The notes under the pieces are model-generated. The model did no database searches and was not told where the DNA came from. It was given only the letters and a program-made list of their open reading frames with translations. This document shows, in pieces, positions 48,402 through 57,656 of a stretch of 64,000 nucleotides of DNA; the stretch's first letter is position 1; every line of letters starts with the position of its first letter. The position numbers were made by a program, and so were the translations under genes. The DNA comes from a virus. The stretch is from positions 38,648 to 102,647 of IMG/VR virus record IMGVR_UViG_3300025108_000022. The stretch is one strand, 5' to 3'.

Positions 48402-49741
48402 CAGTAATCACCTCCGGCACTGAAACCGTCAAGGTTGCCCAAATCGTTGCTGGACGCACTTGGCTTCTTTGCAGGAATTGACTTGTGAGGGACGGCATAG
48501 ATACCGTGTGCTTGCACCTTGACGACTTCATCGCCGTCTTGGTTGGTGTAAGACTCGGTGCGACCGACAACCCAAACACGGGAACCCTTTGCGAATGGGA
48601 GCCATTCGCCCGCCTTGAGGACGGAGAGAGCGTTGTGGTTTTCCTTTACCGTTCCCGACACACCAATGCCGATACGGGCGTTGGGGTTTTCACGGCGGAG
48701 AACTTGAGTGCTGATAGACAACCAGTAATCACGGCCTGTTGGATCCCATTGGGACTCACGGCCTTCGTGGTTGATGTCCATAACACCACCAACGATGCAG
48801 ACCATTGGGCCGTCATAGCGTTGGACACCGTTGCGGTCAGTGTATGACTCACGGCGGTTGTCAAGGTGGTGTGAGAGCAAATCCTTCACATTCACTGCGG
48901 CGTCGCCAGTAGTGGTGAGGTATTGTTCCGGCTTGAAGAGGTTGGTTGCAGTGTCCCGCTTCTTTCCTTCGGGCACCCAGTCCAAACCATAGGTCGCACT
49001 GGTGTTGCTGATGGAGAGTGTTGGGCCAGCCCCGTTGTAGCCTTCGGGGTCAAAGTTCCCCTTGACGGTGATCGGTTGCCACAGGTTCCAGTCGTGCGTA
49101 GCACCTTCAAAGGCACCCTCAACAGTGATGAGCATTGGGCCTTCTTCAAGGAACTTGTCTTTGGAGTTCCCATTGAACGCCCAAATGGACTTCATGGCCG
49201 TAGCACGCTGTGGGGTGTTGTCAGCCTTGAGCATACAGATTGAAAGTTTCTCGTTGAGAGGGATAACCCAGTTCGGGTTCTCGTCAGCCGAGTCCTTTGA
49301 CACGAATGTCCCAGTGCTGTGTTCGGCTCGCCAAACACCGTCAGCACGGAAAGCACGACCAATACCGACTTTGTTGCCGTTGTATTGGAAACCGTTGTTG
49401 ATTGCACCCGACAGGTCAGCAGTGGCGATGTCAATTGCCGCCTCACGCTTGCGCTTCATCAAGTCAAAGCGTCGGTCAAATCCGATGAACATACCGACCC
49501 ATTCTTCGCCAGATCCGCCACCGCCACCGCCACTTGGGCGGTTAGCGCACACGAACATGTCAGCGAAGTCGTTGTAGTCGTCGTCGTCCAAGCCTTGCGC
49601 TGAACCACCACTGGCTTCCCACATGTCGGGGAATGTTTCGTTCATCCACGAACCAAATGAGGCAAGTGCTTCTTCCGCACCCACACCAAGTATTTTAGCC
49701 GCTTCATCAATGCAATTGTTTCCGATTTCTCTTTCGCTCAT
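48401..49741 (-). CDS. Putative RPA/SSB-like OB-fold ssDNA-binding protein
   Basis: Between RFC and recombinase; OB-like C-terminus (KGSRVWVVGRT...VQAHGIY), acidic aromatic tail. Confidence 0.5.
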   Translation of the reverse strand: MSEREIGNNCIDEAAKILGVGAEEALASFGSWMNETFPDMWEASGGSAQGLDDDDYNDFADMFVCANRPSGGGGGGSGEEWVGMFIGFDRRFDLMKRKREAAIDIATADLSGAINNGFQYNGNKVGIGRAFRADGVWRAEHSTGTFVSKDSADENPNWVIPLNEKLSICMLKADNTPQRATAMKSIWAFNGNSKDKFLEEGPMLITVEGAFEGATHDWNLWQPITVKGNFDPEGYNGAGPTLSISNTSATYGLDWVPEGKKRDTATNLFKPEQYLTTTGDAAVNVKDLLSHHLDNRRESYTDRNGVQRYDGPMVCIVGGVMDINHEGRESQWDPTGRDYWLSISTQVLRRENPNARIGIGVSGTVKENHNALSVLKAGEWLPFAKGSRVWVVGRTESYTNQDGDEVVKVQAHGIYAVPHKSIPAKKPSASSNDLGNLDGFSAGGDY

Positions 49742-49745
49742 ATAA

Positions 49746-50708
49746 TCAACCTCTTTGTTTGTAATCCCCAGTCATAGCATGGAGGAATAGGAGATCACTG
49801 GCTGTCCAGTCGGGGCTTCTTGCCGCCCACTGTCCCAGTATCATAAGGTGCTTCATCGCCGTAGCGGTGTCCACCGTATCGTCTTTGTATGCCGAGAGGA
49901 TTGCTTGGTGCATACCCTCAATTATTTCATCACGGGACATACCGTGCGTGTTGACAAGCGATTCCGCACTGTCAATTAAGTCGGAGTGAGGGCCAGCGAG
50001 AATGCCCTTGTAATAGGACTGTGCTGGCTCAAAGTCAGTGAGTGTCAAATTGATGAGGGCGTCCTCATCGGTTGGATCGATGGTTTGCATGGCTTTCAAA
50101 CAAGCCCGCATATCGCCTTTGTATTTCGTGATAAGCGACGGGAGAGCCGCAACCCACGCATCGGGGAAGTTCTCTTCACCAATCACACGACCGAGGAAAC
50201 CTTCGGCATCGCCTATCTCCAACGGGTTGAAGGAATAGGCAGGGAGTCTTGAACGGAGAGCAGGGATAATACGACCAATACGGTTGCATGTGAGAATCCA
50301 AAGCACATGGGTGCCCGTTTCCTCAATCAATTGGCGCATAGCGTCCTGTGCGTCTTTGGTGAGTCCATCGGCCTCATCAAGAAGAATGACCTTGAAGTCG
50401 TGGCCGACAGCCTTCTGTTCAGCGAGGCTCTTGAGCCTATCACGAACAAACCCAATGCCTCTATCATCGGAGGCGTTGAACACATGAAAGTTATTGGCGA
50501 AGGCATCACCCAGCAGATCCTTAGCGATAGCACGGCCACCGCTGGTTTTACCAGTTCCCGGTTTGCCGAAGAATATGACTCCACCACAGCGTAGTGTGTA
50601 TTTATTTTGAGCGTGGACAACCCATGTCGGAACATCGGCCTTCAATTGCTCAAGGCCGACCATTCCTTGTAGTGTGTCGGGTCGGTGGGTTTTCCATAAC
50701 TGTGTCAT
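49746..50708 (-). CDS. rfcS: Replication factor C small subunit (clamp loader)
   Basis: WKTHRP, GKPGTGKT, FNASDDRGI, LLDEADGLTKDAQDAMR, ALRSR, GDMR. Confidence 0.92.
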   Translation of the reverse strand: MTQLWKTHRPDTLQGMVGLEQLKADVPTWVVHAQNKYTLRCGGVIFFGKPGTGKTSGGRAIAKDLLGDAFANNFHVFNASDDRGIGFVRDRLKSLAEQKAVGHDFKVILLDEADGLTKDAQDAMRQLIEETGTHVLWILTCNRIGRIIPALRSRLPAYSFNPLEIGDAEGFLGRVIGEENFPDAWVAALPSLITKYKGDMRACLKAMQTIDPTDEDALINLTLTDFEPAQSYYKGILAGPHSDLIDSAESLVNTHGMSRDEIIEGMHQAILSAYKDDTVDTATAMKHLMILGQWAARSPDWTASDLLFLHAMTGDYKQRG

Positions 50709-50749
50709 AATATCACGCTCGGTGGGTTTCAAGCCAACAGGGGCTTGGG

Positions 50750-50763
50750 TATAAAAGGTTCGG
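50750..50763 (-). promoter_or_regulatory. Putative BRE-TATA promoter (CCGAACC-TTTTATA on minus strand)
   Basis: Intergenic, upstream of rfcS and the replication operon. Confidence 0.5.
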
Positions 50764-50765
50764 TG

Positions 50766-51344
50766 TCATTGGTTTAGCCCCCAATGGGATAAGGTCATAG
50801 CCGCAGTGTCCTGTTCAGCCGCTTTTTTCAATAGCGTGTCTTTATCATGGATGATGTGTTCCCAATCCTTCTCGATCAGGTGAGGAAGAACCGCCATAAC
50901 ATTGGACTCAACGGCGACAATTGGTTCAAACCATTCGGCTTCGCTTGGCCTTAGACCAAATACAGCAAGTAGGCGGTTCGGCACAGCCTTTGGGCGTTTG
51001 CTTGGGAACTTGATTCTCCGTTGGCTCGTCCCATCCTTTGACAAAGCAAGTATTGAAAGTGAAATGTCGTCGTTTTCCTTCATCAACAATTCACGACCAA
51101 CAAACATTACCGCTGGATCGTATGGGTATGTAGCCAACATTGTGTCAAGCATAAATCGTGGGCTGGACTTCACCTTGTTCAGTGCCTCTCGCACAGCGAT
51201 TCTGTCGTAGTCGTTCGTCCACATGCGTAAAGCATCAAACAATCCTATTTTCCGATCATCAAGAATAATGTCATAGGCATTCGGGCATACCTCAAACCAG
51301 TCGTTCGTGATAAGTTCCTCGTCTTCAAACAGATTCATTTTCAA
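50766..51344 (-). CDS. Hypothetical protein, possible truncated clamp-loader large subunit
   Basis: Adjacent to rfcS; helical; C-terminal AMTLSHW resembles a PIP box. Confidence 0.35.
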   Translation of the reverse strand: MKMNLFEDEELITNDWFEVCPNAYDIILDDRKIGLFDALRMWTNDYDRIAVREALNKVKSSPRFMLDTMLATYPYDPAVMFVGRELLMKENDDISLSILALSKDGTSQRRIKFPSKRPKAVPNRLLAVFGLRPSEAEWFEPIVAVESNVMAVLPHLIEKDWEHIIHDKDTLLKKAAEQDTAAMTLSHWGLNQ

Positions 51345-51693
51345 GCACCTCCAATATATTCTCTATGTCCTCATGCGTTGTTGCTTCGGGCAGACTCCCG
51401 ACATGGCGCAAGACGGCCAAAAAACCTTCGGGTTCTTTTGTGAATAGGCGATACGGTTTCAAGAGCCTCATAAGCCGTGTCAAATGTTGGGGTTTAGTGT
51501 AGCGGTTTTGGGCTGGCAAGCCGTTCTCCCGCAGGAATATAGTGACCTCGGCTGGTATTGTTTTGCGACCGAACAGATCGCATTCGGGGCGAATGTCATA
51601 TCCTGTTTGGTTCTTCGTGGTGAGGCGTGAGGAAATACGGAACCTTGCGTTCTTAGCAATTAGCAACAAAAGAATGTCCTGTTCACTCAACAT
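51325..51693 (-). CDS. Degenerate LAGLIDADG-fold protein
   Basis: ARFRISS...TGYDIRPECDL and LLKPYRL...EGF...THEDIENIL resemble single-motif LAGLIDADG proteins; motif helix reads LLLLIAKNA with no acidic residue. Confidence 0.45.
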   Translation of the reverse strand: MLSEQDILLLLIAKNARFRISSRLTTKNQTGYDIRPECDLFGRKTIPAEVTIFLRENGLPAQNRYTKPQHLTRLMRLLKPYRLFTKEPEGFLAVLRHVGSLPEATTHEDIENILEVLENESV

Positions 51694-53140
51694 GTTCTTC
51701 ACCCACTAAGTATTCAACCTCTTCAACAGGCACAACATCGGACAGCCCTGCGCTTGGTGCTAAACCCGTGATAACACCTTGAATGTGTATTCCTCGCTCG
51801 TCATAGTCAGCGAAGTGGATCTCAACCTCAACAAATGTGGGTGCTTTCATGTCAACCCGTGAGCCTTCAACCGCTGTCCCTGCTTTGGTGAGGCGAGCCA
51901 GTTTCTTTTCCATGTGAGGCTCCGCTGTGATAGTGCCGACTTCATAATAGGCATCTATGCCATCACGGGCGGCAACACGCCAGCCGTTCAGCACCAATCC
52001 CCGTGCGGGTTCATGTCGCCACACACCAGCCACTAAACGGAATATCTCTCCTGTGTGCTTCGTGCTGAACAGCACGACTTCATCGTTCGCACTGGTGAAT
52101 GTGAGTTTGGATTCGGGGTTATGTATGAACACCACTCCGTTCTTCGGGGACAGTTTCTTTATCGCTCTCATGTTCTCCACTGAACGGGTGTCTTTGACAA
52201 GAAGATCTGAAACATGGTCGTCAATGTATTGTCGCCTCTTGCTTCGTGTCCATTCATGGGCGTCGGCTCCTTCAAGCGTGAGTATGTCGCACACCTTGAG
52301 AGGAAAGTCGTCTTGCGGTGTGTGTTCAACCACATAGATACCGGCCTCAAGGCAGGACGCCAATTGCGTGGTGTCAATTTCCTGCACCTCAACCCCATGT
52401 GGGTCATAGGCAACCGAGCCAATTGTTTCATTCATGTGTAGCGTCAGTCGTTCGCCACGAATGACCTCAAGTTCAGCGGTTTTGCTGTTGAACGGCAAAT
52501 CCTCTCCCCGATGTCGTCGGGGGAGTGGGAGAATGACAGGGTTTCCTGTGCTTGGGACACCGATGAGTTCAGCACCCGCAATCACCTTCTCGGCGACAGC
52601 ACGGATCGATGAGAACATTGACTCTTGCATCAATCGCTGGGTCGGCATACCGTAGCATTGACCGAGAGCCTTGAGTATGTCCCTTCGCTTGAAGGGGTTG
52701 GCTGTTCGTGTCAAACGAAGGATGAACCAGTATGAATCACGGGGATGGGAACGCTTGAGGACTATACGAATGATCATCGCACGCACCCTGTTGTCGTCGG
52801 CGTTGAGAATATCCTGCATTCGCTGATATGCGAAACCAAATGTCATGGTGGTTTCCGCATCGGTCTTCACCAATTTTGAAAGTTCAGCGACAATATCGGG
52901 GTCGTCAACCGCCTCTTCGGGGTAAAGGTCAGTGAGGTGATAGAACACCTCACGCAGATCCTCATCGGTCAGTTTCCTGTCAATGCGGCTGTCCTCATAG
53001 AAGAAGTCAATGAGTTCGGGTATTTGTTTAGGGGAGAGTTTGAACGCTGATTCAGCGACGATGGCTGGCCTTCGCACACCATTGTATGCCTGTCTGCAAC
53101 AGGCGGCAATATGGCGAAAGTTCGTATCACGCATGTTCAT
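51683..53140 (-). CDS. ATP-dependent DNA ligase-like protein lacking the catalytic lysine
   Basis: Helical N-domain, motif I region LEVIRGERLTLH, VCDILTL, OB domain YEVGTI...PTFVEVE. Confidence 0.65.
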   Translation of the reverse strand: MNMRDTNFRHIAACCRQAYNGVRRPAIVAESAFKLSPKQIPELIDFFYEDSRIDRKLTDEDLREVFYHLTDLYPEEAVDDPDIVAELSKLVKTDAETTMTFGFAYQRMQDILNADDNRVRAMIIRIVLKRSHPRDSYWFILRLTRTANPFKRRDILKALGQCYGMPTQRLMQESMFSSIRAVAEKVIAGAELIGVPSTGNPVILPLPRRHRGEDLPFNSKTAELEVIRGERLTLHMNETIGSVAYDPHGVEVQEIDTTQLASCLEAGIYVVEHTPQDDFPLKVCDILTLEGADAHEWTRSKRRQYIDDHVSDLLVKDTRSVENMRAIKKLSPKNGVVFIHNPESKLTFTSANDEVVLFSTKHTGEIFRLVAGVWRHEPARGLVLNGWRVAARDGIDAYYEVGTITAEPHMEKKLARLTKAGTAVEGSRVDMKAPTFVEVEIHFADYDERGIHIQGVITGLAPSAGLSDVVPVEEVEYLVGEEHVE

Positions 53141-53436
53141 TCCTCTTCCTTTGCGATAATGTCGTCCATTATTCTCTCATGCGAGTCAAACAAAAGGCAC
53201 GACCAGTGCTTGAGAAGTGTCGGTTCATCACACCGGAACACATGACTGAAATGGTGAGTCAAAGCGTTCCTCTTATAGATCGAATCGTCTTCATAGGTGA
53301 GAGTATAGACATACAAGCCCTTCCCGTTTGGGTATTCGTCAGTGGTGATGTTGATTACCTCACATTGGGTCATTCGTGCTACATCACCAGTGTGATTGTT
53401 CGCCCATCGGTCGCCAATTTCAAATCCTGCTGTCAT
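53137..53436 (-). CDS. Hypothetical protein
   Basis: 99 aa, ATGA-coupled on both sides. Confidence 0.5.
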   Translation of the reverse strand: MTAGFEIGDRWANNHTGDVARMTQCEVINITTDEYPNGKGLYVYTLTYEDDSIYKRNALTHHFSHVFRCDEPTLLKHWSCLLFDSHERIMDDIIAKEEE

Positions 53437-53900
53437 TCCTCACCATCTCCTTCGTCAAAATATGCTGGATCGACGGTCTTATCACGCCATGCGCTCACGA
53501 AGTCGTCCCATGCGGCTTGGTCGGGATAAAGGCGCATAATCTCTATTTTGTAGCCCCATATCCAGCGTCGCATCTCCCTTCTCCGGTCAAGCGGCAAGAC
53601 CTCAACGGACTTGCCCCACAGTTTCTTGGTGGCTCGCTTGACAGCCTTAATACCGACACGGTTGCCCGACAGTTTAGCACAAATGTATAGGCAATCCACC
53701 AGCAGTGGACGGGGCGCACGCCCCACCTTGCCGACGACCTGTTCCCATAGTGCAAATGCGTCCTCTTGAATGGTGGTGAGTAAATCACCAGTGTTTTGAT
53801 CGTGAACCCGCCAGCCTTGCTCCGGCAGTTCGTGGACAAGGGCCAGCAATTCAAAGCGTTTGATGTCAAACCACGGTTCTGTGTATGCACGCACCATCAT
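53433..53900 (-). CDS. TFB/TFIIB-like single cyclin-repeat protein
   Basis: GRAPRPLLVDCLYICAKLSGNRVGIKAV matches the TFB repeat pattern GRxPxxxAAAxLYIAxR. Confidence 0.55.
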   Translation of the reverse strand: MMVRAYTEPWFDIKRFELLALVHELPEQGWRVHDQNTGDLLTTIQEDAFALWEQVVGKVGRAPRPLLVDCLYICAKLSGNRVGIKAVKRATKKLWGKSVEVLPLDRRREMRRWIWGYKIEIMRLYPDQAAWDDFVSAWRDKTVDPAYFDEGDGEE

Positions 53901-54217
53901 TCACCACCTCGCTTAAGAGTTTCAGCAACGGGTTGCATTTTATCATCAACCTTGTCAAACAGATCTGAAATGTTGTCCTTGTGGAGTAGTTCATTGAGCC
54001 TGTCCCTCAATTCAAGTGCTTCTTCTTCTGTCAAGTAAAAGCCCTTCTTAGTGTAGCCGACATGGCCGTTCCTTGAGGGGGCCACACGATTAACACGGAT
54101 GTTCATTATTCTTTCATCACGGGTGTCTTGTGTCAAAATGTGGACTTCTTCGCCAGCAGTGAATGTGGTTTGGATAGTCGCATGGTGGACTTGGTTGTAG
54201 CGGTTCTCGTTGCTCAC
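53897..54217 (-). CDS. PC4-like ssDNA-binding/transcription cofactor
   Basis: IMNIR...YTKKGFYLTEEEALEL resembles PC4 VDIR...PTKKGISL. Confidence 0.6.
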   Translation of the reverse strand: MSNENRYNQVHHATIQTTFTAGEEVHILTQDTRDERIMNIRVNRVAPSRNGHVGYTKKGFYLTEEEALELRDRLNELLHKDNISDLFDKVDDKMQPVAETLKRGGE

Positions 54218-54564
54218 ATTCCCACCTTCTTGTAAAGTGTGTTTCTCACCACATCGTCTTGGATGAGGATGATCTCATTGTTGCGGAATGTGTCTTGGAT
54301 CTCTTCAATGGCCTTTGCGACACTGCGGCGGAAACCTTCGGGTTCATCGTCGTCAGCCTCAAGGGCTTCAATGTCGGCACGCAATTCATCCAATTGACCG
54401 GGTATGTTTTTGGCTTCGGCCTTCACCACCTTCTCGTTCAAGCGAATGATGTCCTTTTCTTGCTCGGCGATGTATTCGTTCATCTCCTGCATTTGAGCCA
54501 TGAGGTTTCTCACAGCCTTCTCAAGTTTCTCTTGGCGTTCGGAGAGGTATTCTTCAACCATCAC
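54214..54564 (-). CDS. Coiled-coil hypothetical protein
   Basis: 116 aa, heptad-rich. Confidence 0.5.
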   Translation of the reverse strand: MMVEEYLSERQEKLEKAVRNLMAQMQEMNEYIAEQEKDIIRLNEKVVKAEAKNIPGQLDELRADIEALEADDDEPEGFRRSVAKAIEEIQDTFRNNEIILIQDDVVRNTLYKKVGM

Positions 54565-55322
54565 TCGCTCACCTGCCCGAATGAATCAATGAAAGAAGGT
54601 GGGTGGCCTGTTGCGACAACAACAGGGCTTACATTGTCCACTGATAGTTCAGTCGTTGGTGGTGAACCAGCAGGGGATGGGATTTCCGCTGTGTCGGTGT
54701 TCGCCTCCATTGGCGTGGAATGTGGATCTAGAGGTATTGGTATGACCTCCATGCTGGTGTGAGTAGCACCTGCTGTGGTGCCGACGAATGTGGTCTTGAG
54801 TTCAGCCATCCATTCAGCCACTTCAACAGCGTGCTTCAATGGAGGGGCGACCTTCTTGTCAAAGGTGAACTTGCCGTCCTTGACGGTCATGCCAGCGGTG
54901 AGTGCGTCTTTGACCTCGGTGAGTGCTTTGTCGGCAACCTTGCCGTTGAGCATACCCACCAGTTTGTCAAGGAGGATTTCAGCAATAAGAGTCGGAGGGA
55001 CATTCCCAGTCTTGACCTTATCAGCCAGTCCGACATCGTTGCGATAGCCGTTGCCGAGAGTCTTTTTGTTCTCGTCGCAGGGTTGGAGCATTAAGCACAT
55101 AACACCGGGGACTTCAATGTCAATGGTTGGATTAGCGACAGCGTTTGGCTTGCCGTCGTTTTCCTTGCGTTCATCGGCTGTCAGTAGTTTGCCACGACGA
55201 GCCAAGAACTCGGACTCAAGTGCTGTGCCGAAGTCCCGAACGGATGCGCCGACACCAGCGAGGTTGTCGATCTGCTCATCGGAGAGTCCTTCAACGAATG
55301 ATTTGAAACGCTTCTTGCTCAT
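54561..55322 (-). CDS. Hypothetical protein
   Basis: 253 aa from ATG 55322 (ATGA overlap). Confidence 0.55.
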   Translation of the reverse strand: MSKKRFKSFVEGLSDEQIDNLAGVGASVRDFGTALESEFLARRGKLLTADERKENDGKPNAVANPTIDIEVPGVMCLMLQPCDENKKTLGNGYRNDVGLADKVKTGNVPPTLIAEILLDKLVGMLNGKVADKALTEVKDALTAGMTVKDGKFTFDKKVAPPLKHAVEVAEWMAELKTTFVGTTAGATHTSMEVIPIPLDPHSTPMEANTDTAEIPSPAGSPPTTELSVDNVSPVVVATGHPPSFIDSFGQVSE

Positions 55323-55480
55323 TGGGAATCCCCCGTGAATAAATCGCCAACATGATAACATGTTTGACAGCGGGGTTCGGATTGAAGCACCATCGCCAGC
55401 GGGGCGATAGTCGGGTCGGTTGGGTTAATCATTGTTGGTCGGCCACAGCCGACACACTTAGGCAGGTTTTGGTTGCTCAT
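55319..55480 (-). CDS. 53-aa Zn-finger micro-protein (not in ORF track), probably leaderless
   Basis: MSNQNLPKCVGCGRP...PRCQTCYHV; ATG 22 nt after the TATA-like element. Confidence 0.55.
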   Translation of the reverse strand: MSNQNLPKCVGCGRPTMINPTDPTIAPLAMVLQSEPRCQTCYHVGDLFTGDSQ

Positions 55481-55502
55481 GGCCTATCCACACAGGGTAG
55501 CC

Positions 55503-55517
55503 TATATGAACCCTTTG
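55503..55517 (-). promoter_or_regulatory. Putative BRE-TATA promoter (CAAAGGG-TTCATATA on minus strand)
   Basis: Intergenic, correct distance to ATG 55480. Confidence 0.5.
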
Positions 55518-55518
55518 T

Positions 55519-56178
55519 TCATTCCTCTTCGGAATCAGTGAATAGATCTTGTTGAGCAAAAGCCGCTTCAATCGGCGGTGCGGGGTATTCGTCCTCATCC
55601 TGTGCAATAGACAGCATTTCCTGTGCTTGCATTTTAGCCAGCACTGCTGTGTCGTTCACCACATTCAGCACACCAGCGTGCGGGTGGGGGATGATTATAT
55701 CGCAATTAGGATTCATACAGTCGCCTGTCGGCGATACCAGCACACGGGTTTCCCCAGCGTTCTCGCCGAGTAAAGAATAGATCATGCCGCACGGGCAAGC
55801 CCACACCTTTCCGATGTGTTCAATGCGTGGTTCGTGTTCTTGAATAGCCATTTTCTCCATGTCGGCGGTTTCAACCCTGTTGCTCACCACGAACCATCCA
55901 ATTTGGTCGGCTAAGTAGCGAATCCAGTCGTGTTTATTCCACACGCTGACACCGATTTTATCGGGCAACATATCAGCATGGATCTCGGTGAGAGTCAGTT
56001 CCCGTTCTCCTGTCCGGCGATAGCGTCCGACATTCGGCATATCCCAAATGCCTCCCACGATTCCTCGTTCTTCGTCACCAATGACGAGGGATTGCCAAAG
56101 GCGCATAGCCCATATAGCATCCTCTTGAGAAGGCAGGGGGAGAGGGCCAATGTCCAATTCCTCCGGCTGGGTCATCAT
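55519..56178 (-). CDS. Hypothetical protein with Cys motif
   Basis: 219 aa from ATG 56178 after GGAGGG; WACPCG...CMNPNC. Confidence 0.55.
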   Translation of the reverse strand: MMTQPEELDIGPLPLPSQEDAIWAMRLWQSLVIGDEERGIVGGIWDMPNVGRYRRTGERELTLTEIHADMLPDKIGVSVWNKHDWIRYLADQIGWFVVSNRVETADMEKMAIQEHEPRIEHIGKVWACPCGMIYSLLGENAGETRVLVSPTGDCMNPNCDIIIPHPHAGVLNVVNDTAVLAKMQAQEMLSIAQDEDEYPAPPIEAAFAQQDLFTDSEEE

Positions 56179-56339
56179 TCTCCCTCCTTTGTGATAAGGC
56201 GTAGCGTGTGCCACACCCAGCGTCCACATTGTTTGCACTTCGCTCTCGGCGTTTGTCCGAGATCTGGATGCTCGCCGTCTTTCCAGCGGAACATCGGGCC
56301 TTCGCAATCGGGGCATGATAATTCGGTTATGTCGATCAT
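56175..56339 (-). CDS. 54-aa Zn-ribbon protein
   Basis: CPDC...CKQC; ATGA overlaps. Confidence 0.55.
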   Translation of the reverse strand: MIDITELSCPDCEGPMFRWKDGEHPDLGQTPRAKCKQCGRWVWHTLRLITKEGE

Positions 56340-56617
56340 TCTTCTTCCTCTCCTTCCGGTGCCTTGTGGCGAACCTTGAGTTTGTAATATGTGTCGGTTG
56401 AGCGCATGTATGTGATGTCCTTTTTCTCCCAATACCAGCGATCACGGGGCGTGTAAAAACCCTGTTCCTTGAGAACCTTCTGTGCGCTTTGAAGGGTTTC
56501 CCTTTCGTTCTCCCCTTCGTATTGCACCAGTGCTTCGTGCCAACCAGCACGGTCGGGGCCGACGATTGACATTAGGAACTCTCTATCGGGATTCGCTGGA
56601 TCAGTCCAAAGAATCAT
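56336..56617 (-). CDS. Hypothetical protein
   Basis: 93 aa, translationally coupled. Confidence 0.5.
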   Translation of the reverse strand: MILWTDPANPDREFLMSIVGPDRAGWHEALVQYEGENERETLQSAQKVLKEQGFYTPRDRWYWEKKDITYMRSTDTYYKLKVRHKAPEGEEEE

Positions 56618-56979
56618 TCCGATACCCCCAGTGCTTCGTCACTAAGCAACAGTATTTTGCGCCGTGCGATTTTTGAACGGTATTTGAATCCGAACGGAAC
56701 TTCAACCGCTTCACCACGAAGGATCTTCAATTCCTCAATGTGCGAATGAGCCTCACGGACGGCGTGATCGATAACACCCAGTGCTTCGGCACGCTCAACG
56801 CCGTTCATTTCGGCGTATTGCGTAGTGCCGAGAAGCATTCCTCGGTCTGCGTGTAGTTCCTGTATGATTGACCGCCAATCACCAGCCTTGCGGCGATAGT
56901 GGCGTTCAGCCGACATGAAGTCGTCGTTGTATTTGGCAAGGATTTCCTTTGAGCGTTTCGTCACGAACAACCACCTCAC
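56614..56979 (-). CDS. Hypothetical protein
   Basis: 121 aa, GTGA overlap. Confidence 0.5.
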   Translation of the reverse strand: MRWLFVTKRSKEILAKYNDDFMSAERHYRRKAGDWRSIIQELHADRGMLLGTTQYAEMNGVERAEALGVIDHAVREAHSHIEELKILRGEAVEVPFGFKYRSKIARRKILLLSDEALGVSE

Positions 56980-57656
56980 TGTTGTAGTAGTGTGAGGATT
57001 TCAAGCGTTTCTTTACCGTTCAAGAAGGCGTCAATTTTTGCCTTCCTGTCTTGGAGTTTGCGAATATCCTCAACCAGTGCATTCTGTTTGCGGATTAGAT
57101 CTTTCATTTCTTCGGTTGCGGCGACGAGTTCGCTGTCGGTCTTTCGTGATAGTTCATTGATAGAACCCAGCGGGTGCTGAATCTTCTTGATGGGGTTTGC
57201 TTGCCCTGCCTTCGGTCTGTATGCGTATGGGTCATGTGGATCGTTGTATGGCTCATACGGCGGAGTTTTTTGTCGTGGGTTGGGGAAGTATTCAGTGCGA
57301 TAGTGGCGTGGTGCATCGGTCAGCGTCTTCCCTTCCCCTGCTTTACCACGAACGACCTTCTTGCTCTTCCTCTTAGGCGTCGTCGTTCCGGCGAACTTTC
57401 GGAACTCACGGCGGAGTGCCGCCTTGATCGATGCGTTGTGTGGTTTTCGCTGATAGCGTGGGTGCTTGTATGCGGCGAACCCTGCTTCAACAACAGCGGC
57501 CTCCCATTCTTTGGCTCCCATTTCCTTTCCTCGCAAAATGGCTTTTGCTTTGTTGGTAATGAAATTGCGGATCTGCAAAAGGTCGCAGGGTGTTCGTTTT
57601 TTGCGGGTTGCTTTGTCGGCCATATCATCACCATTGGGTTTGGGGTATTTAATCAA
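56976..57656 (-). CDS. Basic hypothetical protein with C-terminal coiled coil
   Basis: 226 aa, Lys/Arg-rich. Confidence 0.5.
   Translation of the reverse strand: MIKYPKPNGDDMADKATRKKRTPCDLLQIRNFITNKAKAILRGKEMGAKEWEAAVVEAGFAAYKHPRYQRKPHNASIKAALRREFRKFAGTTTPKRKSKKVVRGKAGEGKTLTDAPRHYRTEYFPNPRQKTPPYEPYNDPHDPYAYRPKAGQANPIKKIQHPLGSINELSRKTDSELVAATEEMKDLIRKQNALVEDIRKLQDRKAKIDAFLNGKETLEILTLLQQ

Noticed and set aside
51325-51693. Active homing endonuclease or mobile intron
   Set aside because: Catalytic acidic residue is absent and no interrupted host gene is seen; treated as a domesticated protein.
55362-55518. Apparent non-coding gap as ncRNA or origin
   Set aside because: Explained by a 53-aa Zn-finger ORF and its promoter.
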